Positions 43,656-56,100 of a DNA stretch of 64,000 nucleotides are shown here, piece by piece. Positions within the stretch are counted from its first letter, which is position 1; each line of letters begins with the position of its first letter. The notes beneath the pieces are model-generated. The model was given only the letters and a program-made list of their open reading frames with translations. It was not told the DNA's origin and did no database searches. The DNA comes from Antedon mediterranea (Eukaryota > Animalia > Echinodermata). The position numbers were made by a program, and so were the translations under genes. The DNA lies in assembly GCF_964355755.1 (NCBI RefSeq), contig NC_092680.1, positions 12,657,045-12,721,044 on the forward strand, written 5' to 3'.

Positions 43656-44105
43656 CGTGTTGTCATCCATAGGATGAAGACCAGGTGGCGGGCCATGAAG
43701 CATTAACTCCGTCTGGTCGAGTCCATGATGACTACCTGGAATCAAAACATCGGGCCTACGGATACTGTAATCTCGATTTGAGAGCTGGTGGACGTTCGGG
43801 TGTTGTATGTGTAGCTCGTCATCCCGTGGATGGTGTCGAAGCATCTGCGGACGTTGTTGATGAATTTGATATTGATGGTGTTGGGGTTGGTGGAGGGTGT
43901 TCAAGTGAGCGTAAGGGTCCGAATTCATATGATGAAAGTCCAACTGTGATTGCTGGGGAATGTTGTACGGAGGCGGAAAATACGGTGGTTGAAAATCGGT
44001 GGATGGCGTGTGCGTCAAACGCGGAGCCGTCGAAAACGACGGCGTGCTCCCGACGGATCCAGAGCTAAACCCAGGCCTGTGGCTCGGGATGAGGTCAGAT
44101 CGATC
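43656..44105 (-). CDS. TFAP2: TFAP2 exon 2 (450 bp; P/Q/H-rich transactivation domain with PY motif)
   Basis: tttttag|GAT CGA ... ACG|gtaag; DRSDLIPSHRPGFSSGSVGSTPSFSTAPRLTHTPSTDFQPPYFPPPY...YSIRRPDVL..., homologous to vertebrate DRHD...DFQPPYFPPPY. Confidence 0.96.
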
Positions 44106-44191
44106 CTAAAAAAAAAATAAAATGCAAATAATAAATACATATGAAATTAAATATTCATTTAAAAAATTCAAAATGATGTATAAAATCTTAC

Positions 44192-44230
44192 TTCGTATGT
44201 GTTAAGAACCATTGCGACGTTTTTCAACAT
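44192..44230 (-). CDS. TFAP2: TFAP2 alternative first coding exon A (proximal)
   Basis: MLKNVAMVLNTYE|gtaag, phase 0, 86-nt intron to exon 2; ends in YE like a vertebrate exon 1. Predicted 441-aa isoform. Confidence 0.7.
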
Positions 44231-45134
44231 TTGTACATGTTGTGTCTAATGGTGTAACAGTAATATAGACAAGAACGTTAAGTGTGATTTTCCTGGCTGA
44301 CTGCAAATCGACAACTGATGAACTGCCTCAATGGATCACAGTACACAGAATAGACCACACGAACCCGTAGGCTAGTCACAAAGAAACTCATCGTTGTGCT
44401 ATTGTTTGTCGACACATCGCCGTGATCTGTAGTGCGTTTTGACTGTCTACTGCCTACGGCGAACTGGGTTCACCCCTTCGTACAGTAGGGTGGCCAAGCT
44501 AAGCAATTACACATTTAAGCATAACAACAACGTCGTATTAAATTAGTCGAAATTAATTTCAGATATAATTAAGCAAGCGTTAAGTAAGCTACCGACGATT
44601 TAAGTACAGTACGTGGTACTTTTGTAGCGATTTATTTTAAGTACGGGAAACCTTACCATGTTACTATTAGTATCTATGTTACATCTCATACTAAATGTCT
44701 GGGGTAAACTTGTACACTGGAACCCATGCATCACTATTATAGTTGAGAGAGGAGAGAGCTAAATCACCTTAGGCTTCAATGACACTCCAGTGTTTACGTG
44801 ATCCAAGAAAAAAACTCAAATTAAAATGTTGTTTACAGATTTTTGGAAGTGGCAAACTTAAACGTGTAAGTTTCTCCTCCTTATTTCTTCGTTTTGTCTT
44901 ACTTTCTGAACTAAAATAATTGTGATAATTCCGGTGACAAGTTTCTAGCCTAAAGGGACTTTGCATACGCAAGTAACTACACGTAAGACGGACGTCTAGT
45001 TCGTCATGACGTACTAAAGAATAAATAAGAAAAAGAAATAGTTGACCAACCACCAGATACCAGTTAAAAATGTAAGTAAGTTACAGTTGTTAATAGTAAA
45101 TTAATCATAAAAATAGAATATTAAAATAGAGCAC

Positions 45135-45329
45135 CTCGTGTTTGGGTTGAAGGGGGCTACCAAATGCAGAAGGCATCCCGTATGAGTTTGCGTTGCCAAG
45201 GCGACTGTTGATAGAAGATGGACTAGTTGAGCTGTCTAGAGATGTAAGGCGATCGACTGTCGTATGTGATGTTAGTTCTTCGTATGAGTTATGTGGTGAG
45301 AGCGCTTTAAGAGGGCTCACCTGGGCCAT
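45135..45329 (-). CDS. TFAP2: TFAP2 alternative first coding exon B (Ser-rich, 65 aa)
   Basis: MAQVSPLKALSPHNSYEE...GSPLQPKHE|gtgctc, phase 0; upstream in-frame TAA at 45393-45395. Coding-like composition but a weak donor. Predicted 493-aa isoform. Confidence 0.55.
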
Positions 45330-45599
45330 GTGTGATACGATTAGCAGCAGAGGAAGACTTGCTTCTTGGCCTGTTGTTACTCCACGATTGTTTTACGTAA
45401 ACTGCACTCAACACAATGCTTCCGTTAATGTTGATGCTTGACCTTAGAAAACGGCGATGACTTCTAGTGGTAGATGATCATTTAATGGTTTTCATGAGAT
45501 TCTCTTAAAACACATCAGCTGATATTAAATAGATCATAACATCTTTCATAGAATAATCCGTCAATTGTTGTATTACAGTTCAAGTAATTCAGGAAAATC

Positions 45600-46075
45600 C
45601 ACACAACACACTATTCTGCCCAAGGCTCACTGCCTAGAGGTTGTGATAAAAATAGAAGAATTTTCCAGCGAATGGCGCATTCAATCGTATCCTCTAGCCT
45701 TTGTAGTAGCACGAGAAAAGCTGAGTTAATTCGTATCTGCCAGTGGCGAATCAACTCCTACTAAAAAGTGTCCACTCGAGAGCCTCGATTTCATCCAGCC
45801 CTGTGGGTACCCTCCTAGTTACCTTACGCCCTGCCCACTTTATGCTAGAGGTGTGTTTAGCTCCTTCACAAGGGCTATTGATATTATCGTTTAATTAAGT
45901 GCTCTCAAACAGATAGCCTATTGGGTGAATCCAAGCTAGCGACGTCACGACTAATCAACCAATTGGAAGCTAGAACGACTTCTGGTGTGTAACACAGTAG
46001 TTCAGTATAGGCTTATGCTTAATAATAGGTAAATAGCCAGTTGAACGTTATTCCAAAATAGCTGGGCGGAGTTTG
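45600..46075 (-). promoter_or_regulatory. Candidate proximal TFAP2 promoter region
   Basis: GC-richer island with CCAAT boxes (45920-45924, 45959-45966), GC box GGGCGGAG (46064-46071) and AP-2 consensus GCCN3GGC sites (45618-45626, 45739-45747). Confidence 0.45.
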
Positions 46076-46810
46076 TCTTACCGATTTATCAAAAATGAGT
46101 TATACAAAATTAAAAAAATAAAACTTTAAAATTTAGGTCCTCAACATTTTTATATCAAGATACTTTGTAATTATTAACTATAATTATATTATTCGTCTTT
46201 CACCGATAAAGGATTTATTCATAATACTTCAAACGGCATTAATTAAGACTGAATTAAGAATATTTTTACCTCTAGTATGTGAGGGCTGGACATTTCTTTG
46301 TTTTCGTTTTGATCTTTTTATTACAATATTGGAATTTGAATATTTATGTCATTTTAATATATTATCATGGACGAAATAATATCAAATATATATATATACA
46401 TCCTGCATAATTGGCACGTCACTGTTATGTGAAATCAAATAAAATATATAATTCATTGACATTATTTGAACACTACTTTCACGAGGCCTATATTATGAAT
46501 ACATTATAAAACACATTCCTTACACAGCAAAATTCTGATTCTTGTTTTAAGAAAAAAAAAACTTGTTTCAAGCAAAATATTTCTTGAAACAAGTAAATTT
46601 TGACTTGTCCGTATTTCAATACTTTTTGGCTTACCAAGAATCGTAAAATTCTTAACAAGAATCACACAAATTCTTATCAAGAAAATTATTCTTACCAAGA
46701 AATAATACTTTAAGAACAATATTCTTACCAAGAATTTAATTGCTTTTTTCATTCTTGTTTTAAGCAGTATCTGCCTTAAAATAAGTAACAATTTATCGAT
46801 TTTTTAAAAA

Positions 46811-48058
46811 AGAATTCTTGTTTCAAGCAATATTTTTCTTAAAATAAGTAAGAATATTCCGATTTGTATTTTTTTGAATTCTTGTTTCAAGCAATATATT
46901 TCTTAAAATAAGTAAGAATATTCCGATTTGTATTTTATAGAATTCTTGTTTCAAGCAATATATTTCTTAAAATAAGTAAGAATATTCCGATTTGTATTTT
47001 TTTTAATTCTTGTTTCAAGCAAGATATTTCTTAAAATAAGTAAGAATATTCCGATTTGTATTTTATAGAATTCTTGTTTCAAGCAATATATTTCTTAAAA
47101 TAAGTAAGAATATTCCGATTTGTATTTTTTTGAATTCTTGTTTCAAGCAAGATATTTCTTAAAATAAGTAAGAATATTCCGATTTTTATTTTTTGAATTC
47201 TTGTTTCAAGCAATATTTTTCTTAAAATAAGTAAGAATATTCCGATTTGTATTTTTTGAATTCTTGTTTCAAGCAATATTTTTCTTAAAATAAGTAAGAA
47301 TATTCCGATTTGTATTTTTTGAATTCTTGTTTCAAGCAATTTTTTTCTTAAAATAAGTAAGAATATTCCGATTTGTATTTTTTGAATTCTTGTTTCAAGC
47401 AAAATATTTCTTAAAATAAGTAAGAATATTCCGATTTTTATTTGTAGAATTCTTGTTTCAAGCAATATTTTTCTTAAAATAAGTAAGAATATTCCGATTT
47501 GTATTTTTTAGAATTCTTGTTTTAAGCAATATTTTTCTTAAAATAAGTAAGAATATTCCGATTTTTAATTTTAATATTCTTGTTTCAAGCAATATATTTC
47601 TTAAAATAAGTAAGAATATTCCGATTTGTATTTTTTGAATTCTTGTTTCAAGCAATATTTTTCTTAAAATAAGTAAGAATATTCCGATTTGTATTTTTTG
47701 AATTCTTGTTTCAAGCAATATTTTTCTTAAAATAAGTAAGAATATTCCGATTTGTATTTTTTGAATTCTTGTTTCAAGCAATATATTTCTTAAAATAAGT
47801 AAGAATATTCCGATTTTTATTTGTAGAATTCTTGTTTCAAGCAATATTTTTCTTAAAATAAGTAAGAATATTCCGGTTTGTATTTTTTAGAATTCTTGTT
47901 TTAAGTAATATTTTTCTTAAAATAAGTAAAAATATTCCGATTTATATTTTTAGTTTTCTTGTTTCAAGCAATATATTTCTTAAAATAAGTAAGAATATTC
48001 CGATTTTTATTTGTAGAATTCTTGTTTCAAGCAAAACTTTTTTTAAAATAAGTAAACA
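46811..48058. repeat. Left subterminal tandem array, ~20 copies of a 63-64 bp unit
   Basis: Unit gaattcttgtttcaagcaatatttttcttaaaataagtaagaatattccgatttgtatttttt; 21-aa periodicity in the ORF track; followed by inverted copies at ~48086-48200. Confidence 0.95.
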
Positions 48059-48539
48059 AGAAGTCTATCAAATAAAAACCAGTAAATGTTTACTTTTTTT
48101 AAGAAAAGTATTGCTTGAAACAAGAATTCTATCAAATTAAATTTCGTAAATTCTTACTTATATTGGGAAAAAATTGCTTGAAACAAGAATTCTATAAAAT
48201 ATAAATCATTAAAAATTTATTTTAAGTTATTTTAAGAACGATAAATGAATACTCATTTTAAGAAATATTTTACTTAAACAAATAAATTCAAGAATGTTAT
48301 AAAACATAATATTAACAATACTACTGTTATTTTCATTAAGAACTACAATTTACATGACATTAGGTACAATAATATATACAACTTCTTTAAAACAAACTTG
48401 TTTTTATTAATAATAAAATGCCATCAAAAGAAAACTTAAAAACATTAAAATGGTAAAATACAAATTTCGTAAAATTCTTCTCCCGCACCTGGGCTTTAAA
48501 CTATTAGGTGTCCTTAAATTTATTAATGTATACTAATGA

Positions 48540-50070
48540 TTATTCAACAGCCTTTGTCAAGTGTACAGGTGTGTTTTCATCACAAATCACTAACTGTTAA
48601 AGGATAGTGATGCCTACTTCTTTTCATTTTGGATAATCGAAATCCAGAAGGTAAAAAGTGGAGAGGAGAGTAACTAGAGCCTCATCTAATTTTGCTTTCT
48701 TTGTAGTTAGAATTGTTTGCTAAACTTTAATGTAGGCCATTTCTGTGTCCAAAAGCAATACCGGCATATTACCTGATCGGCGTGAAGACCAGGATTCTGG
48801 ATCTTTATTCATGTTCCTAAAAATGAAAAGAGATTAATATAGTTTTAGTTATTACTGTATTTAAAATATGTGTAACATCATCAACTAATTGGGTACGGTG
48901 TGGTTTTAGAGTCCTATATCTGGGGCGGTAAACACAAAAACATGACGCAATATTAGAACGGTGGTAAGAATAATTTTACATTATAAGACATAAGAGTGGG
49001 TGGAATATGCATTTGAACTTTTTAATCACAAACTTTGCCCTGTTTATACCGATCCCAAAGACAGGCCTGGCTGTATCTATTATTTTTAGTTAAATTATTA
49101 GGGTCTAAATTTATTTTTAATATTACTATTTAGGAAGACAATACGCAAAACGGTGCTCAGTCCTGATTGATGTTTTTATTCCGTATCAATGTTTATAATA
49201 ACAATCATACAATTAAATGTAAATTTTGTTTAATTGTTTGATTTTAATAAATTATTGTAAACATAGTATATACCTCGAAATTTACTTACCAGATGGAGGA
49301 CTGGTGTTTCTCTTTAAAATACCAAAATAAACTACTGTATATTATTCTCTTCTTTGGAAAAATTTGCTAAGCACTTTTTTAAAAAGCTTTCTTTTGTATT
49401 TCATTCCTCTTTGCCTAGTAATAATTAGTATCCTTCGAACTTCTTCAATTACCTAACAAATAATTTAAGATATTGTAAATAACACAGTTTTTTAAAAAGA
49501 AATTTAATATAACAATTTTAGTTATGCAGTACGTATGTTTTTTGTTTGTTTTTTTAGTATGGTTTTTTTTAAATTTAGAGTTAGAAACATTAAGTTTCAA
49601 TATCGATGTGATCACTTCGGGGATTACTTAGTGTGTACAATTAATTAAATATAAAGAAGTGTTTTTTAATGTCATTATATTTCTCATTGGAATATGTGTA
49701 TATAATATAATCCTTCGTAGATATTTCATGGCTACATTACAAACTAACTGTTACATTATAATTGTATTATCTATTATTAGGCCTTCCTTATACCTAGCTG
49801 AAATAGGTCCGACAATATTTGTCCCCTCTGTCAATGTCTGAACTAAAATGCTAAGCTAAACCTATACACCTGTCCGTCAGTACAGGCATAGTAGGCTAGC
49901 CTAGACCTACTAGTTCCAGGCCTACAGTATTACTTACTAGGAAGGAGCCTAGGCTAGGCCTAGACTGCTGGCAGATTAAAACATAATTATTAGGCCTACG
50001 AACCTGTTAAAATGTTGGCCACTTCTTCATCTATTTCTCGGATCTTCAACAAAGCGTCTTCCTTCAACAT
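48540..50070 (-). pseudogene. Decayed multi-exon accessory gene of the transposon (SAMD3-like C-terminal motif)
   Basis: Exon-like blocks with GT/AG ends at 50004-50070 (MLKEDALLKIREIDEEVANILT), ~49793-49855, ~49290-49452 and ~48540-48816. The last reads ...KLDEALVTLLSTFYLLDFDYPK*KEVGITIL*QLVICDENTP with in-frame stops. Family assignment is from recalled motif similarity. Confidence 0.55.
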
Positions 50071-50389
50071 TATATTAGACTAATCTTACTAGGCCTATTG
50101 AAGCATTTAATATATAAATTGCGATGAAAGGTGTCTTTTACTTACAAACTCTAGATTTTGAATGATTACTTTAAAAAACCGTTGGCCATGATCCCGCCGG
50201 GAGCTAGGTCATCGACCACACACAGTGTTGTTTTTCAACTGTAACCAAAAATTTATCGCTGGCCTTTTACCCAGAATGTATAAGGTCATTATACTGCTCA
50301 ACGTTAAAGCATGAAGGTATAAACCTCCATGGTGGTTAAAGCAAATCTATAAAACGTCTGGACCAACAGTAATACGACAGACAATAATA

Positions 50390-51407
50390 ATGACACATGT
50401 TTGTTGCAGTCCGAAAAAAAGCGATAAGTTGGTGCCAGTAAACTGAAGTAGGTACAGTATTTGCTACCCTATTTGCTAAGGCATTATAATTCAATTCATG
50501 GAAATACTCCGAATTTTCGAGTAACATGTGGAATTGGTGGTTCGCTGCCCGGCAAGCTTTGGAATTTACAATTCGTTTTACAAGCATGTCATAAGACGCC
50601 ATTTTAAGGACGAGTATAACAATCGGCAACCTCCTGCTAGCTGTTGACGATGGAAACATCAGTATATAAGTATGCCTGGAGAAAACGAGGATGCCAATTG
50701 AGGATGAAGTAGAACTAGGCCTAGACTAGGAGACTGACGAAGTTAATGAAGAAAAAAACTATTATAACGGGGATGATTTATCAACTGACGATAGTAGTAG
50801 TGATAATTCTAGTATTGTTATACTGTTAATGATTGTTTAATATTAATGATCTTGTTGATGCTCAGCAAGAAGGCCTACTAACTAGAGCCTAGAGGATGAA
50901 CAAGCAGATAATAGTATAAAAAATGCTGATTTCTTTCTACTAAAATTAAAGGAGAGAAACAAGATTCCACAGGTAAGCCATTTTGCTTTAAAATTACAAC
51001 AATTATGCATTTTAAACTATTTTTTATTAGAGAAATACGTCTATTTCCTAGGCCTTGCTGGTACTGTTATTATACAGGACTATTAGCTATAGTAACTATA
51101 GGACTTGGGTACTAGGCCTAGGCATTATACACGCTAAGTTTATGTTGCATTTTTTTGTGACCAATTTCATTGTTACAAATAACATTTTTTTTGTTAGGCT
51201 GCATAGCTCCCCAACTAAAGCACAACTTAGTTTTTAAACATATTAAAACTTGAATATAAAAAATATTAAATCAATATTATTTTCTTTAGGTTGCAGTGCA
51301 ATCGATTATTCAAAGCACAAACAGTTTGATTACCCAGATTCTTTCATCAGTTGAAACTGAAGTGCTAACTGCTCTACCGTTGTGTGAATATAAGGATATT
51401 GACAATC
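50390..51407 (+). pseudogene. N-terminal fragment of an EnSpm-type transposase gene (C2H2 zinc fingers), truncated
   Basis: YLLRHYNSIHGNTPNFRVTCGIGG/CPASFGIYNSFYKHVIRRH (50470-50605, one frameshift), acidic linker, NADFFLLKLKERNKIPQ|gtaag (donor 50973), ag|VAVQSIIQSTNSLITQILSS (51290 onward). Then an abrupt junction with the right array. Confidence 0.65.
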
Positions 51408-53100
51408 TATTTTAAGTAAAACATTTCTCAAAATAAGTATTTTTAAGAATATTAAAATAGAATTGACTTCAATTCAAGCAAAAATAGTCTTGATAGGATA
51501 TAGTATGATATTGACTTCTTATCTTAAGTAAAACATTTCTCAAAATAAGTATTTTTAAAAATATTGCGAATCTCAATTTAAGCAAAAATAGTCTTGATAA
51601 GATAGTATGATATTGACTTCTTATTTTAAGTAAAACATTTCTCAAAATAAGTATTTTAAAGAATATTGCGAATCTTGATTCAAGTAAAAATAGTCTTGAT
51701 AAGATAGTATGATATTGACTTCTTATTTTAAGTAAAACATTTCTCAAAATCAGAATATTGCGAATCTGAATTCAAGCAAAAATAGTCTTGATAGGATAGT
51801 ATGATATTGACTTCTTATTTTAAGTAAAACATTTTTAAAAATAAGTATTTTTAAAAATATTGCGAATCTTGATTCAAGTAAAAATAGTCTTGATAAGATA
51901 GTATGATATTGACTTCTTATTTTAAGTAAAACATTTCTCAAAATCAGAATATTGCGAATCTGAATTCAAGCAAAAATAGTCTTGATAGGATAGTATGATA
52001 TTGACTTCTTATTTTAAGTAAAACATTTTTCAAAATAAGTATTTTTAAAAATATTGCGAATCTCAATTTAAGCAAAAATAGTCTTGATAAGATAGTATGA
52101 TATTGACTTCTTATTTTAAGTAAAACATTTCTCGAAATAAGTATTTTTAAGAATATTGCGAATCTTGATTCAAGTAAAAATAGTCTTGATAAGATAGTAT
52201 GATATTGACTTCTTATTTTAAGTAAAACATTTCTCAAAATAAGTATGTTTTAAAATATTGCGAATCTCAATTTAAGCAAAAATAGTCTTGATAAGATAGT
52301 ATGATATTGACTTCTTATTTTAAGTAAAACATTTCTCAAAATAAGTATTTTTAGGAATATTGCGAAACCTAATTTAAGAAACTTTGTCTTACCTAGAAAA
52401 ATATTTATTGTTTTAAGTAATTTTTAGAATTCATCAATCTTGATTTAAGAAAAATTATTCTTGATAGGGATAAATATAATATTGATTTCTTATTTTAAGT
52501 AAAATACTTTTCAAATTAAGTATTTTCAAATCTTGTTTTAAGCAAAACTATTCTTAATAAGAAGAGAATGATATTGACTTCTTATTTTAAGTAAAATATT
52601 TCTTGTAATAAGCATTTTCAAGAATATTGCGAATCTTGATTCAAGTAAAAATAATCTTGATAAGGGTAGTGTGAAATTGACTTCTTATTTTAAGTAAAAT
52701 ATTTCTCAAAACAAGTATGTTCAAGACTATTGCGAAACCTAATTTAAGAAACTTTGTCTTACCTAGAAAAATATTTATTGTTTTAAGTAATTTTTATAAT
52801 TCATCAATCTTGATTTAAGAAAAATTATTCTTGATAGGGATAAATATAATATAGATTTCTTATTTTAAGTAAAATACTTTTCAAATTAAGTATTTTCAAA
52901 TCTTGTTTTAAGCAAAACTATTCTTAATAAGAAGAGAATGATATTGACTTCTTATTTTAAGTAAAATATTTCTTGTAATAAGCATTTTCAAGAATATTGC
53001 AAAACTTAATTTAAGAAAATGTGTCTTTTCTAGAAAATTATTTCTTGTTTTAAGTAATTTTAAATCTTGACAAGAAAAAAAATACTTATTTTAAGAATTT
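51408..53100. repeat. Right subterminal tandem array, ~102-bp unit (92-bp variants), degenerating outwards
   Basis: Unit gaatattgcgaatcttgattcaagtaaaaatagtcttgataagatagtatgatattgacttcttattttaagtaaaacatttctcaaaataagtatttttaa; 34-aa periodicity in the ORF track; ~370-bp block duplication starting at 52361 and 52731. Confidence 0.93.
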
Positions 53101-56100
53101 TTTCTTAAAACAAGATTTTTTTTTCTTGCTTAGAATTTCAAATTTTGCTGTGTAGTATACTGAGTACAATGAATCAAGAAAATGTACAAAGGCCCAATGG
53201 AGAACATGGATATATATTGGTATCATGGTAGAGCATAATATTATGCAGTCATTAACATTGTATAAGATATTTAGGCATTATGTCCTTATAAAGAATAAAA
53301 CTCTACTATAGTATGGCTCTAGATAAAGGGGTTTATCGAGAAGCGTTTAAGAACAATGTTCAACATGCGAATACGTTTACGAATTCAAGTACTTTTTTTG
53401 TTGCCCTACACATTGTCTACTTAATAGTGTGTAAAGGTGAACAAAGGTGTCTTTCTGAAACAATTAAATGGATAGTGCATTTTTGTTAATGGAATAATTC
53501 TTATAGTATTAGGCCTAGGTTTTCTCACATTGGCCTATTCACGGTGGTGAAAACCCCATGCCCAGAGCCCCATGCAGAGAGGTTTGGTAAGCTAGTTTGA
53601 GCTAGGCCCATCAATATCATGGCTGGGTTCATGCTGGGGTCTTCCTTGTGGATAAGATATCGTTCTTGTCTCATTAGAATTAAATACTGAATACCTTTGT
53701 CCTGATGTAGAGTTTAAAACAACCAAGTCTATTCAGCGATACTAATTATTTGTTGATAGTGGGACGTAACTCAGCGTGGTGCCTCAAATGAACATTACAC
53801 ACATTTCAAAACAATGGAATCTAAACAGACGAATAATTCTTCAATACATGTTCTTAAACTATTTTCACAATCAAGCAGAATCAATTATACTAATTGCTAT
53901 TATTCCTAAAGAAATCTCTCCTGTTTGGTGGGACAAAAAAAAATTGATTTAAAAAAGTTTTAAAATTTCGAAAGTCTTTAGATGTTGGTATATTTTAAGA
54001 TAATGATTTAAGAAATAACATAATTTTTATACTATATAGATTATATAGAACAAGGAATAGTAAGCTAAGGAAGCATTATATAATAATAATAATATTTATT
54101 TACAACCATGGCATACGTTCACGGTGCGTTCTTTACGAATAAGGTCCTACGTTGTTGAGTTATACAGTGCAAGAAGGCGGTATATGTACATCCTTGTCAT
54201 TGGGCCTAGCAACATAAAGTTCATGATAATTATAACTTTATATTTTAGAGTTATGTAATAATGAATTCCATAATAACTTAAGTTGATTCATAAGTCGCGG
54301 TCTACTTAAAAACAACTATCCTACCTTATAAGTATTTTAACGATATAATAATATTATTAATATAGCGTTAATGTGGGCTTCGTTATAGCTTTGTAATACA
54401 GGTTGATATACATACGTTCACGTTGTTTTACGTACCATTGAAGAAACTAAAAGACTGTTATGCAAATTATATTATGTCCGTAACCAACCGTTTGGTCAGC
54501 ATAACATGTAAATTAAGTTGAATTGAATTGAATTGAAACCCGTACATGATGGAGGATATAACCGAACTAAAATGTATGGATTATTATGAGATACATCTTT
54601 GATTTGTGAGTGAAGGTACGTAGATGTTTTACTTTTTATTATTGTTATTGCTATGTTATTCTTGTTCTAAACTTTGTATATAATGTAAATATATATACAT
54701 AATAAATAACGATAGCCAGGCCTACCATACAAACGACATATGCACAGAAACTGATAGGGCCTAAAGTGCACGCCTAAATTAATACTATTCAGCCTATAAA
54801 CAAACAACAGAACATCGAAATATATAAACAAATCATATTAGTTTATTAAAAAATGAACAATTATATGCATTTTGAAATGGTCCATCTGGCTTAAAGAAAC
54901 ATCATCGCTAAGCCGTGTGTAATTCTAGGCCACTAGAGAATAGATTAGTACTTGTGCTGAGCTGATCGTAAAGGGTTAAATAATCGTTTAGGTGAGTGAC
55001 CGGATTGGCCTAAAAATTACTTATAATATTCAACGTATCATATCAAACATAAAGAGTTTTACAAAGTGGAATAATACAGTGCTATTATACTTCTTCATTG
55101 GATCGGAATAGTTGGATTGAATTCTTGATCCCTTTACTCAAATACAGAACAAAGAATAAACATTCTCTACAGGTATACTGAGCTCTATTCAATTTGATAT
55201 CAAAGACTGTGAAAACAATTGAAGAAAAATACCAAAACTATTAAAAGAGAGAAACGTTCGAGAGTAACCTCAGCAAAGAGTTGCTTTGGGTTAAAAAGTG
55301 CAAAGGCTGATCAACATAAAGAAAGTTTGGCCTCATAGCATGTATATTTTGTACAGTAAATGTTGTAATATTAATTATAATGTTTTGTAATAGATAAATT
55401 ACAGTAATATAAATTGACTGTTAAATGCCAATAATTATTTAATACATGTTAATGATACTTATTTTGATTGATAGAGGGCGCGCTGCCACCACGAGTCGTT
55501 TTTAGAATTCTAGATAATTAATTATGATTATTCACTAGATATATTATTGGAAAAAAACAATACAATTTTTTAGGAAATAAGTATTTATAATATATACAAA
55601 TTCTGACTTAAGTACATATTGGTATGACAAAACTAAACAAAGTCATGCCTACCTGTGATTAGGTAGGCTCAATCACTGCATTAACAGGCTCATTAAATTA
55701 TAATTGTTCAAATTTATTAAGTAGAACATGTGCAGGGCCTATTAGTCTTAATGTATTATTTGTTGACATTTTAAATGATACTTAACAACCCTTAAGAACC
55801 ATTGACTGAATATTTACAAGCCTATCACAGTCAGAAGACTAGAGACACATTCTTGGATTGGTATCATATACATAATTCTAAACGTTTAAGTAGTAATTAA
55901 TTATCACCAAAACTTGACGTCATTTTTAATTAACATAATCAAGAAAACGTTGATAAAAGAATGCAATCTGTCTCTAATGTAACACAAAGTATATGTCGTT
56001 GTATAATGTGCATATGACATATTAAACATACTGTAGGCCTACAAGCATGACAATACTGTTTTATTCGTTCTGCAAATTTTTAAAATACGTTTAGAAAGCA

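Larger units (their letters stand above)
46523..53152. mobile_element. CACTA/EnSpm-like DNA transposon, internally deleted derivative (6630 bp)
   Basis: ta|CACAGCAAAATT ... AATTTTGCTGTG|ta: TIRs with a 2-bp TA duplication, long subterminal repeat arrays at both ends and decayed coding exons inside. Confidence 0.85.

Noticed and set aside
43685-44068. 127-aa plus-strand ORF
   Set aside because: Antisense shadow of GC-rich TFAP2 exon 2; the same applies to 9123-9365 and 45193-45441.
46504-47844. Repetitive ORFs (ILLETRIQKIQIGIFLLILRK)n on the minus strand
   Set aside because: By-product of a 63-bp unit lacking stops in one frame; broken by 1-bp indels; lies in transposon subterminal DNA.
51469-52237. 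Repetitive ORFs (RNVLLKIRSQYHTILSRLFLL...)n
   Set aside because: Same artefact from the 102-bp unit; 92-bp variants break the frame.
46811-53100. CRISPR-like appearance of regularly spaced repeats
   Set aside because: Units are contiguous with no unique spacers, there are no cas genes, and the context is eukaryotic.
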